Source: an uncultured Anaerolineales bacterium
GTDB taxonomy: Bacteria > Chloroflexota > Anaerolineae > Anaerolineales > UBA11858
Assembly: GCA_964618295.1 (NCBI GenBank)
Contig: CAZTWV010000001.1
Coordinates: forward strand, 92,863 to 156,862
Length of the DNA stretch: 64,000 bases
Direction of reading: 5' to 3'
The notes below the pieces were generated by a model. That model saw only the letters and a list, made by a program, of their open reading frames with translations, was not told the DNA's origin and ran no database searches. Below, piece by piece: positions 20,110-30,782 of this stretch; position 1 is the first letter of the stretch; each line of letters starts with the position of its first letter. The translations under genes and the position numbers were made by a program.

Positions 20110-21498
20110 ATGAATACAGATCAAAAATACCAATCTCCATTTTCCTGGCGATATGGATCAGAGGCGCTCCGTAAAATCTGGAGTGAGAATCATAAAAGAA
20201 AGATCTGGAGAAAGATCTGGGTTGCTCTGGCTGAAGTTCAATCTACATTTAACCTTGTCAGCCAAGAACAGCTGGAGGAGCTGCGGAAATACCAGGATCA
20301 GATAGACCTGGAACGATCGCTTGCGGTAGAGGCTCGGATCAAGCATGATCTGATGGCAGAGATCATTGTTTACGGTGAACAATGTCCATTAGCTGAAGGA
20401 ATCATCCACCTCGGGGCTACATCGATGGATATCAAAGATAATGCTGTGGTGCTGCAGATCAAAGATAGCCTGATAATCCTGCGGAAACAGCTGGAGATGT
20501 TGCTGTTGGAGTTTGCTGCCAAAATTGAAGATTATGCTGATTATCCGGTGATGGGTTTCACCCATTTACAGCCGGCAGAACCAACCACGCTCGGCTACCG
20601 TTTTGCTCAGTATGGGCAGGATCTGCTGCTGAGTTACCGGGAACTTCGAGCATTTGAAATGGATCTGAAAGGGAAAGGTTTTACCGGAGCCGTGGGTACA
20701 AGTGCCTCATTCCAGGTGCTGCTGGGGGAGTCCAGCCTGTCAATTTTTCAGCAGCGGATGGAGGATCAGCTGGGATTGAAATTTTTCCCGGTTGTCAACC
20801 AAACCTATCCCCGCAGTCAGGATTATCAATTAATCTCTGCCCTGGCTGGACTGGCTGCTACCCTCTATAAGTTTTCATTTGACCTGCGGTTCTTACAAAC
20901 ACCAGCGGTGGGGGAGATGGCAGAATCGCACGGGAAAGACCAGGTTGGATCCTCTGCAATGCCGTTTAAAAGAAACCCGATTCAAGCGGAAAAGATAACA
21001 TCCCTTTCCAGGTACCTGGCTCAGCTCCCCCGAACGGCTTGGGACAACGCAGCTCACTCTCTACTCGAGCGGACTTTGGATGATAGTGCAAATCGGAGAA
21101 TAATACTCCCGGAAGCTCTGCTGGCGGCAGATGAAGTGGTCCGGGCTTCAAGCAAATTGGTGCGGGATCTGGATATCTTCCAGAGCAATATTGAAAGAAA
21201 TTGGTCGCTTTACAGTCCTTTTGCAGCAACTGAACCGCTGTTGATGGCTTTGACCAAAGCTGGAGCCAGCAGACAGGAGATGCATGAGCTGATCCGAGAA
21301 CATGCCGGGACCGCGTGGATGGAAATCCAGGCTGGAAATCGGAACCCACTGCTGGAATTAATCGCTGATGATCAGAAAATTCAGGGGTATCTTCAGGGAA
21401 AAAAGATTAATGTTCCGGAACTGCTGGATGATTATCTGGGAGATGCTCCCGATCGAGCCCGGGCCATGTCCCGGATGATCCGGGAAGAAGTTTCTTGA
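20110..21498 (+). CDS. purB: Adenylosuccinate lyase
   Basis: Fumarate-lyase signature 'GSSAMPFKRNP', 'HLGATSMDI', and ~460 aa. The start is chosen at MNTDQKY. Confidence 0.92.
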   Translation: MNTDQKYQSPFSWRYGSEALRKIWSENHKRKIWRKIWVALAEVQSTFNLVSQEQLEELRKYQDQIDLERSLAVEARIKHDLMAEIIVYGEQCPLAEGIIHLGATSMDIKDNAVVLQIKDSLIILRKQLEMLLLEFAAKIEDYADYPVMGFTHLQPAEPTTLGYRFAQYGQDLLLSYRELRAFEMDLKGKGFTGAVGTSASFQVLLGESSLSIFQQRMEDQLGLKFFPVVNQTYPRSQDYQLISALAGLAATLYKFSFDLRFLQTPAVGEMAESHGKDQVGSSAMPFKRNPIQAEKITSLSRYLAQLPRTAWDNAAHSLLERTLDDSANRRIILPEALLAADEVVRASSKLVRDLDIFQSNIERNWSLYSPFAATEPLLMALTKAGASRQEMHELIREHAGTAWMEIQAGNRNPLLELIADDQKIQGYLQGKKINVPELLDDYLGDAPDRARAMSRMIREEVS

Positions 21499-21510
21499 TC
21501 TTGGTATGAA

Positions 21511-21540
21511 AAAAGCAAGCGAATATTACCGCTGGCTTTA
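21511..21540. terminator. Weak hairpin between convergent purB and the AKR gene
   Basis: AAAAGCAAGCG ... CGCTGGCTTT (one mismatch), flanked by an A-run and a T-run. Confidence 0.35.
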
Positions 21541-21567
21541 TTGATTGGCTTGAAAGAACGATTCGAT

Positions 21568-22560
21568 TCAGCGCAGGTCAGCTGGCTGTTCGGGTTTGTT
21601 TTGAAGAATATCTTCAATTTTTTGTAGAAGGTCCGGTGTCAATTTCTCGTAAACATTCAGGGCCTGCATATTTTCTTCCACCTGGGATGGGCGGGAGGCA
21701 CCGGTGATCACTGTGCTGACATTCGGATTCGTCAAGCACCAGGCGATCGCCAGCTGGGCCACACTGCAGCCAAGCGAGTCCGCCATGTCCATCAGCTGAC
21801 TGACTTTTCCGATTTGTTTTTGGGCTTTCTTACTTTCAAATCTTTCCTTAAGCCATTCATAACCTTCAAGGCTGGCCCTGGAATCCTCAGGAATACCCTC
21901 GTTATATTTTCCGGTGAGCAGACCGCTGGCCAACGGACTCCAGGTGGTGGTTCCTAATCCGATTTCTGAATAAAGCCTGCGGTATTCAACCTCAAATCGC
22001 TCCCGGTGAAACATGTTGTACTGGGGCTGCTCCATCAACGGCGGGATGAGGTGCTCCCGCCTGGCAATTCCATAGGCTTCCATTATCTGCTGGGCGGACC
22101 ACTCGCTGGTTCCCCAGTAAAATGCTTTGCCCTGATCAATAGCATGATTCATAGCCCGCACGGTTTCTTCAATCGGAGTGTGTTCATCCGGTCTGTGTGC
22201 GAAAAGCAAATCAACGTACCGAAGTTCCATCCTATCCAGCGACGCATCCAGGCCTTCAATAATATGCTTCCGGGACAGGCCCCGGTCATTGGGCCCATCG
22301 CCTCCCCAGAACATTTTCGTGGACAGAACAAGATCCTTCCGGCTCCAACCCGCTTTCTGGATGACTTTTCCCATGATCAATTCCGCATCGCCTGCATTGT
22401 ATACTTCAGCGTTGTCGAAAAAAATTACACCGGCTTCATAGGCAATTTTCATCATTTCTAAAGCCCGGTCCACATCAGCCTGGGAACCAAATGTGACCCA
22501 GGAACCAAACGAAAGCGCCGAGACTTTTAATCCTGATTTACCGAGATACCTGTATTCCAT
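21568..22560 (-). CDS. Aldo/keto reductase (Kv-beta-like subfamily)
   Basis: '[19 protein letters not shown]', 'FFDNAEVY', 'LSTK', and '[13 protein letters not shown]'. Confidence 0.88.
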   Translation of the reverse strand: MEYRYLGKSGLKVSALSFGSWVTFGSQADVDRALEMMKIAYEAGVIFFDNAEVYNAGDAELIMGKVIQKAGWSRKDLVLSTKMFWGGDGPNDRGLSRKHIIEGLDASLDRMELRYVDLLFAHRPDEHTPIEETVRAMNHAIDQGKAFYWGTSEWSAQQIMEAYGIARREHLIPPLMEQPQYNMFHRERFEVEYRRLYSEIGLGTTTWSPLASGLLTGKYNEGIPEDSRASLEGYEWLKERFESKKAQKQIGKVSQLMDMADSLGCSVAQLAIAWCLTNPNVSTVITGASRPSQVEENMQALNVYEKLTPDLLQKIEDILQNKPEQPADLR

Positions 22561-22575
22561 AACAACCTCCTGAGT

Positions 22576-23409
22576 TTAACTACCTTTTTCAGTAATTCTG
22601 GCTTTTGCGAAGTTTAAAATCCCCTTGTCTACCGCTCCAATCAAAGGGTAATTAATTTTATTATAGTCCAGACCGGTCTGGATCGGAAAGGGGGGAGCCT
22701 GCTGGTAGCTTTCAACCGCTCCGCCGGCTTCTGCGATGATCAACCAGCCAGCAGCAAAATCCCAGATGTGGGTTCTTGATTCAAAGGCCAGAATTGCTGT
22801 ACCCTTTGCGACTGAGCAGAGATGATAGGCTGCTGCTCCAAGGGAACGGGTCTTATAGGGCACATCAGATTGATACAGCTGATGCATTCTGGAACAGTGC
22901 ACGAAAAAAGCATGGCTTATTTTGTGATCATCCGGGGAGAGAATCAGCTCTTGATTATTCAGCTGGGCACCTGCCCCAGCCTTGGCTGAAAATGTTTCTG
23001 ATACCGCCGGGAAGTGAACGACTCCATAGGCCGGCAAACCCTGTCGTAAGAGAGCAATTGAGACTCCCCAGTAATGAAGGCGCTGACTGAAATTTGTCGT
23101 TCCATCCAGGGGATCAATCACCCAGGTAAATTCCTGTCCGAGAGACTGTGTTTGTCCTTCTTCGCTGATTATGCCGTCATCCGCAAATTGAGTTTGAAGC
23201 GTATCTGTGACAAGGGTATCAGCAGCCAGATCAGCCTCTGTTACCAGTGTTCGGTCCTTCTTGATTGCTGTCTGGTTTTCCTCCTGCCGGAAGTATTCCA
23301 TTAGAAGGCCACCGGCCTCAACAGCAAGTGAGTCAGCTACCATGATCCGCTGGTCCAGGGCTGGATAGCTTTCATTCGACATATGCTTTCTCCCGAAGGC
23401 AGTCACCAT
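22576..23409 (-). CDS. Inositol-monophosphatase-family phosphatase (IMPase/CysQ/SuhB-like)
   Basis: 'SEE' and 'WVIDPLDGTTNF' metal-binding motifs. An alternative start is at 23382. Confidence 0.85.
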   Translation of the reverse strand: MVTAFGRKHMSNESYPALDQRIMVADSLAVEAGGLLMEYFRQEENQTAIKKDRTLVTEADLAADTLVTDTLQTQFADDGIISEEGQTQSLGQEFTWVIDPLDGTTNFSQRLHYWGVSIALLRQGLPAYGVVHFPAVSETFSAKAGAGAQLNNQELILSPDDHKISHAFFVHCSRMHQLYQSDVPYKTRSLGAAAYHLCSVAKGTAILAFESRTHIWDFAAGWLIIAEAGGAVESYQQAPPFPIQTGLDYNKINYPLIGAVDKGILNFAKARITEKGS

Positions 23410-24263
23410 GCCAGGGTTTGGTTGGGGTTTTGGAGGAAATTGTTAACCGCGTTCTGCAAGGAAATTTCTTCCTGGATTACTGCTTGATAATATGCCTGGT
23501 TCCAATGGGAAAGTTGGGGCCGGGCAAGTTTCAATTCTGTCAGGACCACTCTGGACATTGGGCCGCCCTGGTCCATAAATCCCGATTCAAAAAAGTCATT
23601 AATGGCTGCTTCAAGATCATACTGCAGGCGAATGATCTCAGCCTGAATTTTTCCCTGCTGAATTTTGATCCGGGCATATCCCGTCCGGTGGTCTCCGTCA
23701 AAAGGCATACCGACAGATCCGGCGTTGACAACTAAAGTTTGATCCACTTTTTTCACCAGCGGTTGATGAGTGTGTCCGACCAGGATCAGGTCCGGGGCGG
23801 GTTGGATCATCTCCCTGATTTGTTCTGGATTCATGGAAGGGTAAATGCCTGCTCTAATTCCCTGCATTGAGGCATGAACTGCCTGGAGGGATTGTTCCCC
23901 GTCCGGTTTCTGGTTGATCTCCAGCGGCAGAGCCTGGTTGTATGAAATTTGATTTTCAGTCAGCCGGGTGTAGGTCCAATGAACGATTTGCAGGATCTCA
24001 TACTCCGGTCCGCTGAGCGGTGTATCCGGTTGGGTGAAGTTCAAGACATATTCTTCATGGTTGCCCTTGATTACCTGCCATCCAGCTTGTGATGCCCTGG
24101 TTTGAATGACCTGGAGGCAGTCCGGCGATTTCGGACCGCGGTTGATGGTATCCCCCAGAACATATACCAGATCCGGATTCCAGGCTTGAAGATCCTCCAG
24201 GACAATATTTAATGCCCGGAGATTTCCATGAATATCCGCGAGGGCTGCAATTTTCATGCTCAA
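23403..24263 (-). CDS. Calcineurin-like metallophosphoesterase
   Basis: 'AALADIHGN', 'LGDTINRGP', 'GNHE', and 'GHTH' motifs in order. It overlaps both neighbours (4 nt and 7 nt). Confidence 0.85.
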   Translation of the reverse strand: MSMKIAALADIHGNLRALNIVLEDLQAWNPDLVYVLGDTINRGPKSPDCLQVIQTRASQAGWQVIKGNHEEYVLNFTQPDTPLSGPEYEILQIVHWTYTRLTENQISYNQALPLEINQKPDGEQSLQAVHASMQGIRAGIYPSMNPEQIREMIQPAPDLILVGHTHQPLVKKVDQTLVVNAGSVGMPFDGDHRTGYARIKIQQGKIQAEIIRLQYDLEAAINDFFESGFMDQGGPMSRVVLTELKLARPQLSHWNQAYYQAVIQEEISLQNAVNNFLQNPNQTLAW

Positions 24264-26242
24264 TTATTCTGGTTGATAATCTGGACGTAGTCCTGAGATG
24301 CGCTCTCATCTGGAGATTCACCGAGGAAGCGTAATAAATCATTGGTCATTTTGGCTTTTGCTTCAGCGTCCTCCAGACTCCAGGTCCGGCTTTTTACTTC
24401 AAGGAAGGTGCCCAGGTCTGGTTCGTCCAGCCGGTCGATATTGATATAAAATTCAATTCCCTGGTAGCAGACTTTCCATCGCTTGCGGTCCTTTTCAATG
24501 AAAGATTCGGCAGTAGGATTGAAGTATTCCCGGTAAAACCGCAGACTGTGAGGAGCAGGGGCGATAAAGCGGCTTCTGGAAAGCAGTACTTCTTCAGGGA
24601 ATTGTTTTTCCCGGCGCTGACCAATTAATGTCAAGCGGTAGCGGATATTTTCCACATTTCCATCTGGATCAATGAACTCATCTTCCCGGTACCGGAGCCA
24701 GCCGTCTTCCGGATTTTCAAATTGGAAGTATGTATCATATTCATGATAGTGCCGGTAGTAAATAATTTCCAGGTCCGAGGTTTTGATCTTGTCAATTACA
24801 CGCTGGGGATCGGTTACTTTGACTTTGACCTGGACTTCATAACTTTCCTGCTCTTCCGCTCCCCCGACAGCTATCAGCTTGGAATAGACAGATTCTTCTC
24901 TTCTGGCCAGGAATTGATCGATGTCCTTGGCCAGCTTTTGAGCTTTATCAAGAAGGGGGTCGATATCAATTGTCAGCAGTTCTTGATCCCGCATTAACCA
25001 TTTGCCATTGACCATCACATCCTGGACATCTGTGGATTTTGCAGCATAAACAATCTGGGCGTAAACACCATCCGGGTCATTTCTGAAGTGAGGTGAATTA
25101 TGCAGGTTATGAATATCTACCAGGATTAAATCTGCTTTCTTTCCCGGTTCCAATGAACCAGTTTGGTCGGCCAGATGGATTGCTTCTGCACCCATACGGG
25201 TTGCCATATTTAAAGCTGTTTTAGCCGGCACGACTGTGGGATCGCCGCTGCTGCCTTTTGCTAAAAGGGCGGTCAGGCGAATTTCCTCGAACATATCAAG
25301 GTCATTGTTTGAAGAGACGCCGTCGGTGCCAATTCCAACAGTTAAGCCCAGATCCAACATGCGGCTGATCGGGGCAATGCCTGAGGAAAGTTTTAAATTG
25401 GATGTCGGGTTGTGGGCAACACCCGCTCCATGATGCTTCAGGGTGTGCATTTCCCCTTCATCTATGTGGACGCAGTGAGCTGCGATGACTTTGGCGTCCA
25501 GCACCTTTTGCTTTTTTACATAAGGTACAACCGGCATACTGCGGTCTCGGTTGCTGTCCTTGACTTCCTGGGCGGTCTCTGAGATATGAATATGGAGGGG
25601 GACATCATACCGCTGCGCCATTTCGGTTGCGGCCTGCAGAATACTCTCAGTGGTTGTATAAGGTGCATGGGGAGCGATCGCTGGTGTAATCAGGGGGTGG
25701 TTCTGCCAATCACGGATAAATTTTTCCGATGCCTGGAGTGCAATTTCATAAGACTCAGCATCTGGAGAGGGAAATTTAAGGATAGTTTGCCCGCAAACTG
25801 CCCGCAAGCCTGCTTTTGCTGTCACTTCTGCTACTTCTTCTTCAAAGTAATACATATCCGCAAAGGAAGTCACTCCAGATCGGATCAGTTCCGCACAGGC
25901 CAGCAATGTACCCAGGCGAACAAATTCAGGAGTCACATATTCTCGCTCAACCGGCATAATGTATCCCCGCAGCCAGACATCAAGACGAAGATCATCTGAC
26001 AGCCCACGAAGCAGATTCATCGCAACATGGGTGTGGGCATTGACCAATCCAGGCATGATCACGTTCCCCTCGCAGTCTATCTCCTCCCGGGGAGAATAAT
26101 CTTTCTTGAGGTCTCTGGATTGTCCAACAGCGATGATTTTGTCTCCTTCAACAGCAACAGCTCCCTGGGGGTATTGGGTAAAATCCTGATCCATTGTCAG
26201 GACATATGCGTTCGTCAGTAAAAAGTCAATTTTCTGGGTCAT
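24260..26242 (-). CDS. mtaD: MtaD-type (5-methylthioadenosine/S-adenosylhomocysteine) deaminase fused to a C-terminal CYTH (class IV adenylate cyclase / triphosphate tunnel) domain
   Basis: aa 1-~440 carry amidohydrolase motifs 'PGLVNAHTHVAMNLLRG', 'HIHISET', 'AHCVH', and 'GTDGVSSNNDLD'. aa ~465-650 carry the CYTH pattern 'YEVQVKV', 'YDTYF', 'WLRYRE', 'YRLTLIG', 'KDRKRW', and 'INIDRLDEPDLGTFLEVKS'. Confidence 0.8.
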   Translation of the reverse strand: MTQKIDFLLTNAYVLTMDQDFTQYPQGAVAVEGDKIIAVGQSRDLKKDYSPREEIDCEGNVIMPGLVNAHTHVAMNLLRGLSDDLRLDVWLRGYIMPVEREYVTPEFVRLGTLLACAELIRSGVTSFADMYYFEEEVAEVTAKAGLRAVCGQTILKFPSPDAESYEIALQASEKFIRDWQNHPLITPAIAPHAPYTTTESILQAATEMAQRYDVPLHIHISETAQEVKDSNRDRSMPVVPYVKKQKVLDAKVIAAHCVHIDEGEMHTLKHHGAGVAHNPTSNLKLSSGIAPISRMLDLGLTVGIGTDGVSSNNDLDMFEEIRLTALLAKGSSGDPTVVPAKTALNMATRMGAEAIHLADQTGSLEPGKKADLILVDIHNLHNSPHFRNDPDGVYAQIVYAAKSTDVQDVMVNGKWLMRDQELLTIDIDPLLDKAQKLAKDIDQFLARREESVYSKLIAVGGAEEQESYEVQVKVKVTDPQRVIDKIKTSDLEIIYYRHYHEYDTYFQFENPEDGWLRYREDEFIDPDGNVENIRYRLTLIGQRREKQFPEEVLLSRSRFIAPAPHSLRFYREYFNPTAESFIEKDRKRWKVCYQGIEFYINIDRLDEPDLGTFLEVKSRTWSLEDAEAKAKMTNDLLRFLGESPDESASQDYVQIINQNN

Positions 26243-26411
26243 GTCAATCGTCCTTCACTTATTTGAAAAACCAGTATAAATATTGCTTGATTTTATCATT
26301 GAAGATCGCGTTTGGTTAGTCAGCCGGCCGGACTGTCATGAGCAGGAATCTGATCAGAGGGCAGCACTCAGCCCGGGATCGAACCCCCTTCTATGGTAAA
26401 ATATATGTTCG

Positions 26412-27431
26412 ATGAGTATACAAACAATTCAACTTCCAGACCCCCCAAAAGTGTTTAAAGCGATCAGGACTGGATATGATGCCATTACCAATCATATCGT
26501 TCTTATCTTGTTCCCGGTAGTGTTGGATGCCCTCCTTTGGTTTGGTCCCCATCTTCGGGTCAAGACCCAAATTGACCGCTTGGTGAGGGAAATGAGCTCA
26601 ATTTCCGGCTTGCTTTCTTCGGATTTTCAGGAGATGTTGCAGACATCACAAGAGATCTGGATCACAGTTGGAGATCGGATTAATCTGTTTGCCGCTCTAA
26701 GGTCTTTCCCGGTCGGTATTTTCAGTTTATTGAGCTCAACACTGCCAATCGAGAATCCGATTGGAAAACCAATCAATATTGAAGTTCGGCAGCTGCAGTA
26801 CACACTTTTGATCACGGTAGGTCTATTTATTGTTGGAATTCTGTTAGGCGGACTGTACTTCGCTGCTGTCCGGCAAGCAGCAGTCTTTGGTGAGATAAAC
26901 TGGCGGAAATTAATCCGGCAGTGGCCCTGGTTTGCCGGGCAGTCTCTGCTGCTCAGCGCGCTGTTTGTGGTGCTGTTTCTGGCTGTTTTCATTTTCGGTA
27001 GCTGCCTGGCAACCGGATTTGCTTTTTTCAGTGTTGCCTTGGGTCAGGCTGTGATTTTACTGATAGGAGTCCTAACTTTCTGGGTCCTTTATCCCTTGTT
27101 CTTTTCATTTCACGGGATTTTTGTCAAAAACCTCAAGGCCGGTAAGTCAATAATGGAGAGTGTAAAACTCACCAACCTGACTTTTTTCAAAACTGGTATG
27201 TTTATTCTGGCAGCTTTGCTGGTTACCCAGGGATTGGATGTTCTCTGGCAGGTACCTCCCGAAAATTCGTGGTTGACCTTAATCAGTATCTTAGGACACA
27301 GCTTTGTCACTACGGGGATGCTGGCAGCAAGCTTTTTGTATTATAAAGACATGGACCGATGGGTTACCGAGCTTTCTGAGCTCCGAAAACAAAAAGATCT
27401 TTTCGATAAGCAGGCACCGATAGGGAAATGA
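26412..27431 (+). CDS. Polytopic membrane protein, function unknown
   Basis: 339 aa with about 6-7 hydrophobic helices. I recognise no catalytic motif. Confidence 0.6.
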   Translation: MSIQTIQLPDPPKVFKAIRTGYDAITNHIVLILFPVVLDALLWFGPHLRVKTQIDRLVREMSSISGLLSSDFQEMLQTSQEIWITVGDRINLFAALRSFPVGIFSLLSSTLPIENPIGKPINIEVRQLQYTLLITVGLFIVGILLGGLYFAAVRQAAVFGEINWRKLIRQWPWFAGQSLLLSALFVVLFLAVFIFGSCLATGFAFFSVALGQAVILLIGVLTFWVLYPLFFSFHGIFVKNLKAGKSIMESVKLTNLTFFKTGMFILAALLVTQGLDVLWQVPPENSWLTLISILGHSFVTTGMLAASFLYYKDMDRWVTELSELRKQKDLFDKQAPIGK

Positions 27432-27479
27432 TTGAATTCATGGTATGATGCGGTTTTGCGTTAATTGATGGAGGATTAA

Positions 27480-29402
<1,923 letters not shown>

Positions 29403-29501
29403 ATTGAGGCAAACTCCGAAAATCAAACCAGGCATAAGGGAAAAACAGGGGATTAGTTAGGGTAAAGCGTTGAAGGCAGCAGTTCAAATAGGCAATCCGC
29501 T

Positions 29502-30617
29502 ATGACACTGGAACAGGGTGCTCTCCTGATTGATCGATACCGGGTAATCGAGGTGCTCGGTCAGGGAGGGATGGGTTCAATTTACCGCGCGGTGGATGAA
29601 AATCTCGGCGTAGAAGTCGCGATCAAGGAGAATTTATTCACGATCGATGATTATGCCCGCCAGTTCCGGCGCGAAGCCTTAATCCTTGCCAATCTGCGTC
29701 ATCCAAACCTGCCCCGTGTTTCGGACCATTTTACCGTCGACGATCAGGGGCAGTACCTGATTATGGATTATATTGAGGGGGAGGACCTCCAGGAACGCAT
29801 GGAGCGAATCGGCCGGCTCCCGGAAGAAGAGGTTATTTATCTCGGGGCTACAATCTGCGATGCCCTGGCATATATGCATTCTCACGATCCGGTGGTTCTG
29901 CATCGGGATATCAAACCAGCCAATGTTCGGATTCGTCCCAGTGGGGGAGTTTACCTTGTTGATTTCGGACTGGCGAAAATCATGCATGGGAATCAAACCA
30001 CAACAACAGGTGCCCGGGCGATGACGATGGGTTTTTCTCCCCCGGAGCAGTATGGGGCAGCGCGAACTGACGCGAGGACGGATATTTATTCACTGGGAGC
30101 AACTCTCTACACGGCTCTGACTGGATTTACACCAGAAGATAGTTTGGCCCAGACCATGGATCAGGAAGATCTAACTCCAGTGCGCGAACGCAACCCCAAT
30201 GTCTCCCGCCGGGTTGCTGATGCAGTTGAAAAAGCGCTTCAAGTTCACCCGAACGACCGCTTTCAAATGGCTGCCGAATTTAAGAATGAACTTCTGAAAG
30301 CTCAGAGCGGGCGTTTTAATCTCAGTTTTGGATTGGACTCCCAGCAGGAAATTGCGGCGAAAAAAGCAGATCGGAAGCAAGCGGAAAAATCGATCGTCCG
30401 GGGAGTAATCACCAAGGATGTGTCGGGTGATACTGATCAGGGTAAACGTATTTCCAGTCAGAAAAAAGCCCGCAAAAGTGCTTCCTCACCGGCAATTGAC
30501 CGCGGGGGATGTCTCGGTCTGTTGGGGCTGCTGGCCTTGATCCTGGTGCTGGGTGGATTGGTTTTTTATCTTCTCAATCCCGAACTGGCCCGGGTCTTTT
30601 TCCAGCTTCCATTTTGA
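29502..30617 (+). CDS. Hanks-type Ser/Thr protein kinase with a C-terminal TM anchor
   Basis: 'LGQGGMGSIY', 'AIK', 'HRDIKPAN', 'DFGLAK', 'SPPEQ', and a C-terminal hydrophobic helix. Confidence 0.9.
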   Translation: MTLEQGALLIDRYRVIEVLGQGGMGSIYRAVDENLGVEVAIKENLFTIDDYARQFRREALILANLRHPNLPRVSDHFTVDDQGQYLIMDYIEGEDLQERMERIGRLPEEEVIYLGATICDALAYMHSHDPVVLHRDIKPANVRIRPSGGVYLVDFGLAKIMHGNQTTTTGARAMTMGFSPPEQYGAARTDARTDIYSLGATLYTALTGFTPEDSLAQTMDQEDLTPVRERNPNVSRRVADAVEKALQVHPNDRFQMAAEFKNELLKAQSGRFNLSFGLDSQQEIAAKKADRKQAEKSIVRGVITKDVSGDTDQGKRISSQKKARKSASSPAIDRGGCLGLLGLLALILVLGGLVFYLLNPELARVFFQLPF

Positions 30618-30670
30618 TTTTCTTTGGATTTTTTCCCTTTAAATTTGATTTTGTGATCCTCCCGCCTTAA

Positions 30671-30686
30671 TGTGACAAACATCACA
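30671..30686. promoter_or_regulatory. CRP/FNR-type palindrome TGTGA-N6-TCACA
   Basis: The exact sequence TGTGACAAACATCACA lies about 27 nt upstream of the putative -35. Confidence 0.4.
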
Positions 30687-30701
30687 ATATAAGTTAAAAA
30701 T

Positions 30702-30716
30702 TTGTCAGACAATTGA
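30702..30716. promoter_or_regulatory. Candidate operator, TTGTCAGACAA palindrome (15-mer TTGTCAGACAATTGA identical to 56849-56863)
   Basis: An 11-bp TTGTC-N-GACAA palindrome of GntR-type 'GT-N-AC' architecture. It abuts and overlaps the -35 hexamer. Confidence 0.55.
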
Positions 30717-30741
30717 CAGTCAAAGGCTTGTTTGTTAAACT
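30713..30741 (+). promoter_or_regulatory. Putative sigma70-type promoter of the amidohydrolase gene (TTGACA-17 nt-TAAACT)
   Basis: A perfect -35 at 30713-30718, a 17-nt spacer, and TAAACT at 30736-30741. The ATG is at 30783. Confidence 0.45.
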
Positions 30742-30745
30742 TATA

Positions 30746-30756
30746 TTGTCTGACAA
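30746..30756. promoter_or_regulatory. Candidate operator, TTGTCTGACAA (reverse complement of site 30702-30712)
   Basis: It lies immediately downstream of the putative -10. The extended match TATATTGTC-N-GACAA is shared with 56792-56806. Confidence 0.55.
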
Positions 30757-30782
30757 ATTTCTACACAGGACCAAAGGCGAGG

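Noticed and set aside
26360-26400. A tRNA-like T-arm: GCCCGGGATCGAACCCCC, whose reverse complement contains GGTTCGATCCCGG.
   Set aside because: I could not build an acceptor stem, D-arm or anticodon arm around it on either strand. It is probably a chance match within the promoter region of the deaminase-CYTH gene.
30732-30782. The TTG-initiated N-terminal extension of the amidohydrolase ORF (MLNLYCLTNFYTGPKAR).
   Set aside because: It would place the start codon inside the predicted promoter/operator. The ATG at 30783 gives the typical 'M..LL.KNA' amidohydrolase N-terminus.
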